This document shows, in pieces, positions 38,894-48,519 of a DNA stretch of 64,000 bases; the stretch's first letter is position 1, and each line of letters opens with the position of its first letter. The stretch covers positions 192,001 through 256,000 of the forward strand of contig JBBRLJ010000001.1 of assembly GCA_038231435.1 (NCBI GenBank), in the 5' to 3' direction. The position numbers and the translations under genes were made by a program. The notes beneath the pieces were generated by a model. The model searched no databases and was not told the DNA's origin. It saw only the letters and a list, made by a program, of their open reading frames with translations. This DNA is from Planctomycetota bacterium (GTDB taxonomy: Bacteria > Planctomycetota > UBA11346).

Positions 38894-41656
38894 TCAGCCC
38901 CGCGCGCTGACCGATCGAATGACCTGCTCCGCAGCCGCGGTACGTTCGTCCGCTGCCATCACCACCAGTCCGGCGAGGCGATCCTTCCAGGCGGCGAGGA
39001 AGCGCAGCACGCCCTTCACGTCCTCGCTGGTATCGGTACGCAGCCGCTGCTTGAGCCGCTCGGGCACCGACAGCGCGGGCAGTTCGTTGTCGAGCTCGTC
39101 AGCGGTGGCCGCGTCGGGAAGCAGCAGCACCTCGGCGAACAGCGGCGTCTTCGTCGCGGTGGCAGCCATGAAGGCGCGGAACCGCGCCGGCTCGTAGATG
39201 GGCTGGATGGTGAGGAAATCCGCTCCGGCGGCGACGTACTCGTCGATGCGGCCGGCATCGCCTTCGCGCACGCGCACGCCCACGGCGAAAGCGGTGGCCT
39301 CGTCGAGGCGGCTGCCGGCCAGGTCGCGGCCACCGTTGAGCCGCTTGAGCGCACGCACCAGGCTCGCCGGATCCGCCCCCGGCGACTGCGTGTCCGCGCG
39401 CGAAGTGCCGGAGAACACCCCAGAATCGATCAGCGCCAGGCGCAAGCCGAGCAGGTGCGAGGTGAGCGCCGCGTCTTGCGCCTGCGCGAGCGTGGTGTCG
39501 CCGGCGATGAACTCGAGCACGCCCGGCCGGCCGCTGGCGTCCTGCAGGTGGCGCAGCAGCGCTCCCAGACGCGCGCCGCGCGGCGAGCCGGGCCAGCCAC
39601 CGAGCAGGCCCACCGCATCTGCCCCGGCCGCGGCGAGCCGCGAGGCCGCCGCGACGGCCTCGCCCGGGGCGAGCCTGCCGGGCAGCATGGCGATGACCGG
39701 AAAGCCGCCACGAGCCACCTTGGCCAGGAGCGGTTGGATCGCCAGCGGAGCCGGTACCACGGCCACGATGGCCGGAGCGGGCGCCGCTTTGGCCACCGGT
39801 TTTCCAGCGAAGGCCCCCGAGACCGCGCGGATGTGTTCCGGGCCCACGCCGCAGCAACCACCCACCACGGCGACTCCGGAGGCGAGGTATTCGCGCACGC
39901 GCTCGACCAGGTAGTCGGGTCGCAGGTGGTAGCGCAGCCGCCCGGCCTCGGTGGTCGGGAAGCCGGCGTTCGGACGGGCGACCACGGGTAGGCGCGTCAG
40001 GCGCGCGAGCTCGGCGACCACCGGTGCGAGCGCGCGCGGGCCGCCCGCGCAGTTCACCCCCACCGCCGCTGCACCGCCTGATTCCATCGCCCGCGCGAAT
40101 TCGCCGAGCTCGATCGGATCGGCGCGTTCGATGCTGCGACAGGCGAACACCGGCAGGCGCGAGACGCGCCGCACCGCAGCGAGGGCCGCGGCGGCCTCGG
40201 TGGTCGAGGGCATGGTCTCGAGCGCGAAGCCGTCGGCGTTGGCGTCGGCCATCGCGAGCGCGACCTCGGCGAAGGCCTCTTCCGCCTCGGCGGCGGTGAT
40301 GTCCGCCCCGACCACGCGGCCGAGAGGGCCGATCGAGCCGAGCACGAACACCGCGCGACCTCCGGCCGCGAGGGCGGCCTGGCGCGCGAGCTGGATGCCG
40401 GCTGAAGCGAGGCGCACGGCCTCCTCGCGACCGCCGGGTAGGCGCCAGCGATTGGCGCCGAAGGTGTTGGCGGTGATCGCCTCGGCGCCGGCGTCCACGT
40501 AGGCGCGGTGCACGGCGAGCACCAGATCCGGATGATCGACGTTCGCGCGCGCGATCGCGCTGGCGGGGATGCCGCGCGCGATCAGCTCGCTGCCGGTGGC
40601 GCCATCGAGCACCAGCACGCCCTGCGCCAGCCGGCGCTCGAGCGGCGAGCGCAACGGCTGCGATCCCGGCACCGCGACCAGGTGCCGCGACAGCAGCATG
40701 GCGATGCGTTCGGCCGCGCCGCGCGGCAGACCCTCGGCCGCCGGGCCGATGACGCGCGCGATCGAGGCGGCGTCGAAGGCGGGCATCGACGAGCTCAGGC
40801 GCTCGGCGGCGGCGACGGTGGATTCGAGCAGGATGGTGGTGGTGAGCGAACCCACGCCGCCGGGCACCGGGGTGATCGCGAGCGCCACCGCCGACACGTC
40901 CGCGGCGACGTCGCCTACGGTCTCGGACTTGCCATCCTTACCGGCGATGCGGTTGATGCCGACATCGATGACCACCGCTCCTGGCTTGATGTGCTCGGCG
41001 GTGATCAGGCCGGCCTTGCCGACCGCGACCACCACCAGATCGGCGGCGCGGGTGTGCGCCTTCAGATCGCGGGTGTGGATATGGCAGGTGGTGACCGTGG
41101 CACCGGCGCCCAGCAACAGCTGGGCGATCGGCTTGCCGACGATCACCGAGGCGCCGACGACGCAGGCCTCGATGCCCGCGAGATCGGCGCGGCCGAGCCC
41201 TTCCTGCGCCAGCGTGAACGCCGACAGAGCGGTACACGGCGCGAGCGCCTGACGCCCGGCGAGCAGCAATCCGAGGTTGGCGGGGTTGACCCCTTCGACG
41301 TCCTTGTCCGGGCTGAGCTGGGCCTGCGCCTGGAGGTCGCTCAGCTCCTTGGGCAACGGGCTCTGCAGGATGATGCCGTGCACCAATGGATCCAGATTCA
41401 GGGCCTCGATCGCCTCGCCGAGATCCTCCTGGGTCGCACCAGCGGGCAGCTCGACGATGCGGTGGCGGATGCCCACGGCTGCGCACGCGGTCGCCTGATT
41501 GCGCAGGTACACCGACCAGCCATGGTCGGCGCGCGCGGTGATCGCCACCAGGCACGGCGCGATCGAGCGCGCCGCCAGCGCCTGGACCTTCTCGGCCAGC
41601 CGCGCGCGCCGCGCGTCGGACACCGCCTTGCCGTCGATGATGCGAGCGTTCGCCAC
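38894..41656 (-). CDS. Fusion: FolD + homocysteine S-methyltransferase + degenerate MTHFR-like domain
   Basis: IIDGK, KDVEG, APCT, VIDVGINR, ITPVPGGVG; then LDGATGS, NTFGAN, GVNC, PNAG.P, GGCCG; then RLNGGRDLAG, AGADF..IQPIY. Single uninterrupted ORF. Confidence 0.9.
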   Translation of the reverse strand: MANARIIDGKAVSDARRARLAEKVQALAARSIAPCLVAITARADHGWSVYLRNQATACAAVGIRHRIVELPAGATQEDLGEAIEALNLDPLVHGIILQSPLPKELSDLQAQAQLSPDKDVEGVNPANLGLLLAGRQALAPCTALSAFTLAQEGLGRADLAGIEACVVGASVIVGKPIAQLLLGAGATVTTCHIHTRDLKAHTRAADLVVVAVGKAGLITAEHIKPGAVVIDVGINRIAGKDGKSETVGDVAADVSAVALAITPVPGGVGSLTTTILLESTVAAAERLSSSMPAFDAASIARVIGPAAEGLPRGAAERIAMLLSRHLVAVPGSQPLRSPLERRLAQGVLVLDGATGSELIARGIPASAIARANVDHPDLVLAVHRAYVDAGAEAITANTFGANRWRLPGGREEAVRLASAGIQLARQAALAAGGRAVFVLGSIGPLGRVVGADITAAEAEEAFAEVALAMADANADGFALETMPSTTEAAAALAAVRRVSRLPVFACRSIERADPIELGEFARAMESGGAAAVGVNCAGGPRALAPVVAELARLTRLPVVARPNAGFPTTEAGRLRYHLRPDYLVERVREYLASGVAVVGGCCGVGPEHIRAVSGAFAGKPVAKAAPAPAIVAVVPAPLAIQPLLAKVARGGFPVIAMLPGRLAPGEAVAAASRLAAAGADAVGLLGGWPGSPRGARLGALLRHLQDASGRPGVLEFIAGDTTLAQAQDAALTSHLLGLRLALIDSGVFSGTSRADTQSPGADPASLVRALKRLNGGRDLAGSRLDEATAFAVGVRVREGDAGRIDEYVAAGADFLTIQPIYEPARFRAFMAATATKTPLFAEVLLLPDAATADELDNELPALSVPERLKQRLRTDTSEDVKGVLRFLAAWKDRLAGLVVMAADERTAAAEQVIRSVSARG

Positions 41657-41824
41657 GGCACGAATCTACGATCCGGCGGCGTGGAACAACCTCGACCACC
41701 GGAGCCCGGGAGCGGAGCGGACCGCCACGAAGCCACGAGAACGTCCGACGGGCGTGGTGTTCCGATCCCTCCCACTCCGACGGATTCCCCTGGCCCGGCT
41801 GGCTGCCTTTTCCAGACTCGCGCG

Positions 41825-43177
41825 ATGCTCGCGTGGCACCTCGGCATCCGCTATCTGCGCACGCGTCGCGCGGCTTGGCTCGCCCTGGCGGCGATCACTC
41901 TGACCGTGGCTGCTCCAGTGACGGTCATCGGGGTGATGCAGGGCTTCCTCGACGTGCTGCGCCGACAGGCGCGCGCCAGCGAGAGCGACGTCACGGTGTA
42001 TCAATCGTGGGGTGGCCCAGGGATCGCCGATTCGCGCGAGCGACGCCAGCAGCTGCTCGACGTCGATGGCGTCGCCGCGGTCGGCCCGTTCGTGCAGCTG
42101 TACGCGCTGATGACCCCCACGTTCATCGGCGACCAGTCGTCGTACGGCCTGCCTTGCCAGATCGACGCCATCGACTGGCGCGCCGATGAGATCATCGGCC
42201 GCCTGCGGCCAGGGCTCCTGCATCCCCAGCCAGTCGAGGATCTCAGCGCCCCGCCGCTCAAGCCCAGCGAGCGCGGCAGCGGATTCCTGACTCCTGCCTG
42301 GCGTGATGAGCTCAGCCTGATCGGCTTGCGCCTGGCGCCCGCGCTCGGACTCGGGCCCCTGCCTCCGCCTCCGCGCCAGCTGCCCCCTCCGGGAGTGGTC
42401 GCGGGACGCGAGCTGCTCTACGGCAGCGGGCTCGGCGTGGGTGAACGGGTGGAGCTGGTCGGTTCGGCGCACATCGCCAAGACTGCCGAGATCAGCGACA
42501 CCATCGGCACCGGCATCCTCGAGATCGACAAGCTGTCGTTGATCGTGCCGTTGGGGTTGGGGCAGGAGCTCGCCGACTTCACGCCCACCAAGGGCCGGCC
42601 ATTGCGCGTCGATGGCTACCGACTGCAGGCCAGGCCCGATGTCGATCTCGACAAACTCGCGAGCCGGGTCCATGAAATCAGCGGCCGGCGCGCCGACACC
42701 TGGCTGCACCGGCGCGCGAACATGGTGAAGAGCCTGGAGTACCAGCGCAACATCATGGCCTTCGTCATGCTCGCCATCCAGGCGATCGCGGTGTTCGTGG
42801 TCTATGCGGTCTTCAGCACGCTGGTCGCCGAGAAGCGCCACGACATCGGCGTGCTGCTGGGTATCGGCGCGCGTCGCCGCGACATCGCCTACGCATTCCT
42901 CATCGCCGGCATCGCCGCCTGTGGATTCGGTGGCGCGCTCGGCTGGGGCATCGGCTGGGGCCTGCTCGCCTTCCTGAACTTCCTCAGCAAGCACTACGGC
43001 CTGCTGCTCTTCCCGCAGGACGTGTTCTACAGCCCAGACACGCCGATCAGCTGGGATGCTCGCATCCCCTTGTTCTTCATCGCCGCGATGGGCATCATCG
43101 GCCTGGCCGCCGCCGCGCTGCCGGCATGGCGGGCCTCGCGCATCGCGCCAGTGGACATCCTGCGGGAGGGCGGCTGA
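41825..43177 (+). CDS. ABC transporter permease, LolC/E (FtsX/MacB) family
   Basis: RYLR...VIGVMQGF N-terminus; V.EKRHDIGVL..IGA; PAWRASRI.PVDILR. Confidence 0.88.
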   Translation: MLAWHLGIRYLRTRRAAWLALAAITLTVAAPVTVIGVMQGFLDVLRRQARASESDVTVYQSWGGPGIADSRERRQQLLDVDGVAAVGPFVQLYALMTPTFIGDQSSYGLPCQIDAIDWRADEIIGRLRPGLLHPQPVEDLSAPPLKPSERGSGFLTPAWRDELSLIGLRLAPALGLGPLPPPPRQLPPPGVVAGRELLYGSGLGVGERVELVGSAHIAKTAEISDTIGTGILEIDKLSLIVPLGLGQELADFTPTKGRPLRVDGYRLQARPDVDLDKLASRVHEISGRRADTWLHRRANMVKSLEYQRNIMAFVMLAIQAIAVFVVYAVFSTLVAEKRHDIGVLLGIGARRRDIAYAFLIAGIAACGFGGALGWGIGWGLLAFLNFLSKHYGLLLFPQDVFYSPDTPISWDARIPLFFIAAMGIIGLAAAALPAWRASRIAPVDILREGG

Positions 43178-43839
43178 TGCGCCTCGAGGTCGCTGGCGTG
43201 CGCAAGGCCTATCCGGGTCTCGAGGTCCTGCGCGGACTCGACCTGCGGGTCGATGCCGGCGAGGTGGTCGCGATCCGCGGCACCTCGGGCACCGGCAAGA
43301 GCACGCTGCTGCACTGCCTCGGCCTGCTCGACACCCCGGACAGCGGCACCATCTCGCTCGATGGCTCGGAGCTCAGCGCGCTATCGCCGTCGCGTCGCGC
43401 CGAGATGCGCGCGCGCCGCATCGGCTTCGTCTTCCAGGCCTTCAACCTGCTGCCCGAATTCACCGTGCTCGAGAACGTGCTGATGACCGCGCGCACTGCC
43501 GGCCTGCCGCTGATCGCGGCGCGCGGCCACGCGCTCGCGCTGCTCGACCGGGTCGGCCTCGGCGGACGCGGCTGGAGCGCCATCTCGACGCTCTCGGGTG
43601 GCGAGCGCCAGCGCGTGGCGTTGTGCCGCGCGCTGCTGCCGCGCCCTGCCCTGCTCCTCGCCGACGAACCCACTGGCAACCTCGACCCCGCCACCGCCGC
43701 GGTGGTGCTCCATCAGCTGCTCGAACTCGCCCACTCCGACGGCTCCTCGGTGGTGATCGTCACCCACGACCCGACCATCGCCGACCAGGCCGGGCGGCGT
43801 TTGGAGCTGCGCGACGGCAAGCTCCATCCCTCCGCCTGA
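43177..43839 (+). CDS. lolD: ABC transporter ATP-binding protein, LolD-like
   Basis: GTSGTGKST, IGFVFQAFNLLPEFT, LSGGERQR, ADEPTGNLD, VTHD. Confidence 0.85.
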   Translation: MRLEVAGVRKAYPGLEVLRGLDLRVDAGEVVAIRGTSGTGKSTLLHCLGLLDTPDSGTISLDGSELSALSPSRRAEMRARRIGFVFQAFNLLPEFTVLENVLMTARTAGLPLIAARGHALALLDRVGLGGRGWSAISTLSGGERQRVALCRALLPRPALLLADEPTGNLDPATAAVVLHQLLELAHSDGSSVVIVTHDPTIADQAGRRLELRDGKLHPSA

Positions 43840-43977
43840 ATCCGCGACCTGCCCTCGTCCCGAATTGCGGCGCCGGGCGCGCACGGGCACCGGCCACGAT
43901 ACCGTCGACCGACGGAACGGGCAGGCTTGCGCCCCTAGGCAGCTCTCCTAGCATGCCCGCTCCGCCGTGCGGAGCAC

Positions 43978-44053
43978 GGCCTCGTAGCTCAGTTGGTAGA
44001 GCAGCGGATTGAAAATCCGCGTGTCGCTGGTTCGATTCCGGCCGAGGCCACCA
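43978..44053 (+). tRNA. tRNA-Phe (GAA)
   Basis: GGCCTCGTAGCTCAGTTGGTAGAGCA-GCGGA-TTGAAAA-TCCGC...GGTTCGATTCC...GAGGCCACCA. Confidence 0.97.
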
Positions 44054-44080
44054 TCATCGGTGTGGACGACGAAGAATAGG

Positions 44081-44110
44081 AAGACCTCGCCGCAGCAGTG
44101 GCGGGGTCTT
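44081..44110. terminator. Hairpin after tRNA-Phe
   Basis: AAGACCTCGCCGC-AGCA-GTGGCGGGGTCTT. Confidence 0.55.
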
Positions 44111-44149
44111 CGCCTTGATGCGGGCGGCGGCGCAGCGCAGATCGATGGC

Positions 44150-44614
44150 TCAGTGCTCGTCCTTGAAGCACTGCAGGTACCACTGCAGGCAGCGCAGGTG
44201 GCCGCCCCAGTGCGTCTCGAAGCCGATGCGGAAATGCCACAGCGCGTCGTTGCGGCTGGTGTGGTCCCAGCACCACGCGACGTCGGTGAGGTCGCGGGCG
44301 ATATCGGTGATGTCGTCGATCGCGTCCCCCTGCAGCAAGGGCGAGGTCATCAGCTGGCTGGTGACGAATTCGGGGACGTTGTAGGTGCCGAAGTGGGGAA
44401 AACGTCGGGTCGCGAGCTCGCGCAGGGGCGCGTAATCGATGCTCGGCGGATCCGGATGGTTGTCCTCGAACTGGTAGTGCGACTCGCGATAGGCGACCGC
44501 GAGGTGATCGAGGATCAACTCGAGCGATTCGATGTCGGTCTCCGCAGAGCCGGTGCCGCGATGGATCAGGTCGAGGTAGTCCGCGACCGTCTTCTTTATC
44601 TCGGCGTGGTTCAT
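44150..44614 (-). CDS. DUF5063-like protein
   Basis: DDITDIARDL...ALWHFRIGFETHWGGH pattern (family recalled, not searched). Confidence 0.7.
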   Translation of the reverse strand: MNHAEIKKTVADYLDLIHRGTGSAETDIESLELILDHLAVAYRESHYQFEDNHPDPPSIDYAPLRELATRRFPHFGTYNVPEFVTSQLMTSPLLQGDAIDDITDIARDLTDVAWCWDHTSRNDALWHFRIGFETHWGGHLRCLQWYLQCFKDEH

Positions 44615-44695
44615 CGGCATCTGCGGCGAGCTCCTTGGCGATCCACGGACAGCTGCCGTCTGATGCGCGTACGAATGAGCGGCCGGCTCTGCGGG

Positions 44696-44971
44696 TCAGT
44701 CGTCATATCGCGGGATGATGAAGAGTTCGCAGGTGGGGCAATACCGGGCGTCGACGCTTCCCGATGACAGGAAGCCCTTGCGGATCACCGGGATGTTGCC
44801 GATCCAGAGGAACTTCTTGAGCGCGGATACGGTGGCGTCGAACCAATAGACCCCGGCCTGAGACTTCACGCAACCGCGCTTGAGCTGATCAAGGCCGCAG
44901 AAGGGGCAGGTCTCGCAGTCGGAGAACGGTATGGCGCGCGAGGTCAGGCTTGCGGCCGGATCGGTCATCAT
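44696..44971 (-). CDS. Small zinc-ribbon protein (DUF6487-like)
   Basis: CPFCG..LKRG ... ARYCPTC. Confidence 0.65.
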   Translation of the reverse strand: MMTDPAASLTSRAIPFSDCETCPFCGLDQLKRGCVKSQAGVYWFDATVSALKKFLWIGNIPVIRKGFLSSGSVDARYCPTCELFIIPRYDD

Positions 44972-44983
44972 GGCGCGCGACTT

Positions 44984-45079
44984 TCGACCGTGTGCTCGAC
45001 CGTGTGCTCGACCGTGTGCTCGACCGTGTGCTCGACCGTGTGCTCGACTGCGTGATCGGCCGCGTGATCAGCTGCATGA
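44984..45079. repeat. 12-bp tandem repeat (TCGACCGTGTGC)x5 plus 3 degenerate units
   Basis: Perfect units 44984-45043, decaying rightwards. Confidence 0.95.
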
Positions 45080-45110
45080 ACGGCCCCGCCATGGCCGGCC
45101 GGTCGCGTGC

Positions 45111-45536
45111 TCATGCGGGACGAGCGGAGCGCTCCAGCAGGCGCAGCCGCTCCCCTTCGTTATGCGCGACCACGAACACGATCTTCCAGTCGGGACCGAT
45201 CTTCTTCACCACGTAAGTGTTGTCGAAGCGGATGATCTCCGAACCATCGGCGCGCAGCATCGTCCACTCGATGTCGGTGATGGCGTGGTCGGACGCATAG
45301 AGGTTTGGTATGAGCTTGGTGATCCGCACCCGCGACATGCCGAGTTTCGAATATTTCTCGAGCAGCTGTTCGATGCCCGCCCGGGCGTCTTCCCGGCTTG
45401 AGACCGTGAGCAGGAACCCCGAGCCGGTGATGCCGCACGGCTCCGCGAACAGGCCGCAGATTTCGTCGAGGTTGCCGTGGCTGAACGCGGTTGCGTAGCT
45501 GCCGAAGAACTGGGCCATCTCGACGCTCGTGGTCAT
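45111..45536 (-). CDS. NTF2/SnoaL-like fold protein
   Basis: FFGSYATAFSHGNLDEICGLFAEP ... YVVKKIGPDWKIVFV. Confidence 0.75.
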   Translation of the reverse strand: MTTSVEMAQFFGSYATAFSHGNLDEICGLFAEPCGITGSGFLLTVSSREDARAGIEQLLEKYSKLGMSRVRITKLIPNLYASDHAITDIEWTMLRADGSEIIRFDNTYVVKKIGPDWKIVFVVAHNEGERLRLLERSARPA

Positions 45537-45725
45537 GCTTACCGAATGGTAGCGATGGCCTTGCAGCTAACAACCGCAGCCTAAATGTCACTTTAGGGAC
45601 TGCCGGAGCGTGGCCGCTGCAGGCCGTCATGGGCGACTGTGGATCATGCTGGTGGGAAGCTCCGCCCATCTGTTCTTGCCCCACCCCGGTGGACGGCGAA
45701 CGTGGGCGGATGCATCAGGCAGACG

Positions 45726-46061
45726 ATGGACACACCTGACATCTTGAGGGCATACGACGTCGCCGTCGACGGTCCGCGCCTGGTGATCACCATCCGCAAA
45801 GAGTTCGACTTCGGCAACCTGCATCAGGACTGGGCGCACGCGATCACCATCCAGCACCCCGGGCCCTTCAGCGAAGTCGTCATCGACCTCTCGCGCTGCG
45901 GCATCGTCAGCTCGACCTTCTTCGCCGGGCTGATGCAGCTGCACAACCGCTATGTCCCGGCCGGCACCCAGCCCCTAGTGCTGGTGAAGCCCGACAACCG
46001 CGTGCTGCGCACGCTGACCATGATGCGCCTGGACAAGCTGTTCACCATCCAGCCGCGATGA
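45726..46061 (+). CDS. STAS domain protein (anti-sigma antagonist-like)
   Basis: VVIDLSRCGIVSSTFFAGL, V.RTL.MMRLDKLFTI. Confidence 0.8.
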   Translation: MDTPDILRAYDVAVDGPRLVITIRKEFDFGNLHQDWAHAITIQHPGPFSEVVIDLSRCGIVSSTFFAGLMQLHNRYVPAGTQPLVLVKPDNRVLRTLTMMRLDKLFTIQPR

Positions 46062-47083
46062 CCTCTGCCTCGTCGCTACCGGGCGTGGCGCCCGTGACGA
46101 TAACCGGCAGCGATCCGGCGCGCGCGGTGACGTTCGATCCCCCCCTGCTGCTCGCGCCCATGGAAGGCGTCACCGATCCGGTGTTCCGCGACCGCGTGAT
46201 CGCGGTGGGTGGAGTCGGCGGCTCGTGCACCGAGTTCATCCGCGTATCCAGTTCGGCCATCCCCGCGCGCGTGGTGCGCAAGTATCTCGGCCCGCTGCGC
46301 ACGGACTGCCCGGTGGGCGTGCAGCTGATGGCAGCCGACGAGGGCTTCCTGGCCGAAACAGTGGCGTCTGCCGAGCGCGCCGGCGCCTCGTACATCGACC
46401 TGAACTTCGGCTGTCCGGCGCCGGTCGTGTTCAACAAGTGCGCCGGCTCGGCGATGTTGGCGAAGCCCGAGGCCATGGCGCGCATCATCCGCATCGCGAT
46501 CGGCGCGACCAGTCTGCCGGTGAGCGCAAAGATGCGTGCCGGCATCGAGTCGAGCGAGCGCATGACCGAGGTCCTGCACGCTGTGGCCGAGGCGGGCGCG
46601 GCGATGATCGCCCTGCACGCGCGCCTGCGCCGCCACAGCTACGCCGAGCCCGCCACCTGGAGCTGGATCGCTGACGCCAGATCCTTCCTGCGGCGCGGGG
46701 GCTTCGCCGTTCCGCTGATCGGCAATGGCGGCGTGGATGTGGCGGAAGACGTCGGGCGCATGCGCGCGCAGACCGGCTGCGATGGCGTCATGGTCGGGCG
46801 AGCCGCCCTGGCAGATCCCTGGATCTTCCGCCAGGCTGGCGGCGGGGCAGCCCCGACAGTGGCCGAGGCCGCTGGATTCGCGCTCGGCTACGCCGACGCG
46901 GTGGTCGCCGAGCGCGGCGAGCGCGTGGCGCTGTCCAAGCTCAAGCAGCTGGTGCGGTACTACCGCTGCGGCGGCATCTTCGCCGGCCGCGAGAACGACC
47001 GCCAGCTGCTGCTGCGTAGCGATTCACTGACGAACGTGCGCGCCTGGTTCACGGCCATCGCCCAGGCGGCCGTTCCCGGCTGA
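46058..47083 (+). CDS. tRNA-dihydrouridine synthase family protein
   Basis: LAPMEGVTD, IDLNFGCP, SAKMRAG, LHAR, GNGG, VMVGR. Confidence 0.93.
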   Translation: MTSASSLPGVAPVTITGSDPARAVTFDPPLLLAPMEGVTDPVFRDRVIAVGGVGGSCTEFIRVSSSAIPARVVRKYLGPLRTDCPVGVQLMAADEGFLAETVASAERAGASYIDLNFGCPAPVVFNKCAGSAMLAKPEAMARIIRIAIGATSLPVSAKMRAGIESSERMTEVLHAVAEAGAAMIALHARLRRHSYAEPATWSWIADARSFLRRGGFAVPLIGNGGVDVAEDVGRMRAQTGCDGVMVGRAALADPWIFRQAGGGAAPTVAEAAGFALGYADAVVAERGERVALSKLKQLVRYYRCGGIFAGRENDRQLLLRSDSLTNVRAWFTAIAQAAVPG

Positions 47084-47089
47084 CCCGGA

Positions 47090-48406
47090 TCAGCCCACGC
47101 TCGGCGGCACGTGCCCGTGCTCGCCGAGACGGCTCGAGGTCTGGTGCGCGATCTCCCGCGGTTCGCGCACCGCGAGCAGCGTCCACGCCAGCGAGGCGAG
47201 GCTGGCGGCCAATCCGATCGCCAGCATCGCGCCCACGCCCAGGCGCTCAGCGATGAATCCGCCGCACATCGGCACTACGAGCGCGAACACTCCGATCGCC
47301 AGATTGGACACCACCAGGTGCGCGAGCCGGCTGTCGTGCGGGCAGGTCTCGTGCACCAGGTAGAATCCGACGTTGGCGCAGCCGGTGGCGAGGCCCAGCA
47401 GGGCGTAGGTGACAGCGCAGCCGGCCACGCCCGGCCATGCCAGAGCCACGCCCAAGGCCGCGACCTGTAGTCCGGCTCCCCACGCCGCGGCCAGGCGGTT
47501 GCCGTGGCGGTCGGCGACGCGTCCGAAGACCAGCACCGCCACCGCGCGCCCCGCCGGAACACCGATGGCGCAGACCACCAGCGTCGCGGCGCCCAGCGCG
47601 CCGCCGGATACGGACGCGTAGACCAGCACCACGAATGGTAGCGCGCACAGGCCGGCGTTGCCGAGAATGCGGGCGACGATCACCGCACGCACGTTGCGAT
47701 CGCGCAGGCTCAGCGCGAATCGCTCGACAAGCGCGCGACCGCGCGGCGGAGGCGCTTCCTCCTGGTCGGCTGCCGGGTCGACGATGAACCAGAACAAGGC
47801 GATCGACATCGTGCAGGAGACTCCGCAGATGGCGAACAGCGTGCCGTAGACGTGATCGGGCGGCAGCGACGCGAGCAGGCGTCCGGCGAGCGCGACGCCC
47901 GCGATCTCGGCGACCGCCATGGTGCCCCACACCACTCCCGAGACGGTGCCCCGCACCGACGCGTCGAAGAGATGGGCGAACCAATCCATCCACACGGCGA
48001 CCACCATGCCCATCGACGCGTGGAAGCAGGCGAACGTCGCGAGCATTGCCATTACGAAGGCGCGGTCGGACAGCCCCCCGCCGCTGCCACCGCCGCTTCC
48101 CCCACAAAAAGCGGCGATCAGACCCATGATGTACAGGAACGGCAGCATGGTCGCGAAATGCCAGGCCAGGATGTGCTGCTTACGCCGCCGCCGCGATGGG
48201 AAGATGTATGGGCCAGCCACCTGCAGCATCATCGCGCCGCCTTCGATCGCACCGATCACGCCCGCAGCACGCTCACCAGCTCCATGCTGGTGCAGGAGCG
48301 ACATCAGCACCGTCGCCGGCGCAATCACCGCGTACCCGAACCCCCAGGCGGCCTCACCGAAAACGTTCAGGGCGGCATTGCGTACGAGAGGCTGGTCGCC
48401 GGGCAT
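47090..48406 (-). CDS. MFS transporter
   Basis: About 12 hydrophobic segments, GRVADRHGNR motif. Confidence 0.85.
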   Translation of the reverse strand: MPGDQPLVRNAALNVFGEAAWGFGYAVIAPATVLMSLLHQHGAGERAAGVIGAIEGGAMMLQVAGPYIFPSRRRRKQHILAWHFATMLPFLYIMGLIAAFCGGSGGGSGGGLSDRAFVMAMLATFACFHASMGMVVAVWMDWFAHLFDASVRGTVSGVVWGTMAVAEIAGVALAGRLLASLPPDHVYGTLFAICGVSCTMSIALFWFIVDPAADQEEAPPPRGRALVERFALSLRDRNVRAVIVARILGNAGLCALPFVVLVYASVSGGALGAATLVVCAIGVPAGRAVAVLVFGRVADRHGNRLAAAWGAGLQVAALGVALAWPGVAGCAVTYALLGLATGCANVGFYLVHETCPHDSRLAHLVVSNLAIGVFALVVPMCGGFIAERLGVGAMLAIGLAASLASLAWTLLAVREPREIAHQTSSRLGEHGHVPPSVG

Positions 48407-48519
48407 CGGGCCGCGAGCGTAGGATCGCACGTGGTTCGGCAATGGGAGTACCCGTGGCCGGCGGCGAGCCGAGCCCCATCAGGCCCCAGGTTCTCCGCTA
48501 TCCGCTCTCCGCTCTTCCC

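Noticed and set aside
40508..41824. N-terminal half of the 889-aa ORF, suggesting a giant permease
   Set aside because: Antisense to the FolD fusion; the permease starts at 41825.
41657..41824. SAM/THF riboswitch upstream of the FolD fusion
   Set aside because: No recognisable conserved riboswitch motifs by eye; an Rfam scan would be decisive.
44984..45079. Tandem repeat as a CRISPR array
   Set aside because: 12-bp units with no spacers and no cas genes.
43978..45700. Prophage or integrative element at tRNA-Phe
   Set aside because: No integrase, phage genes or att duplication found.
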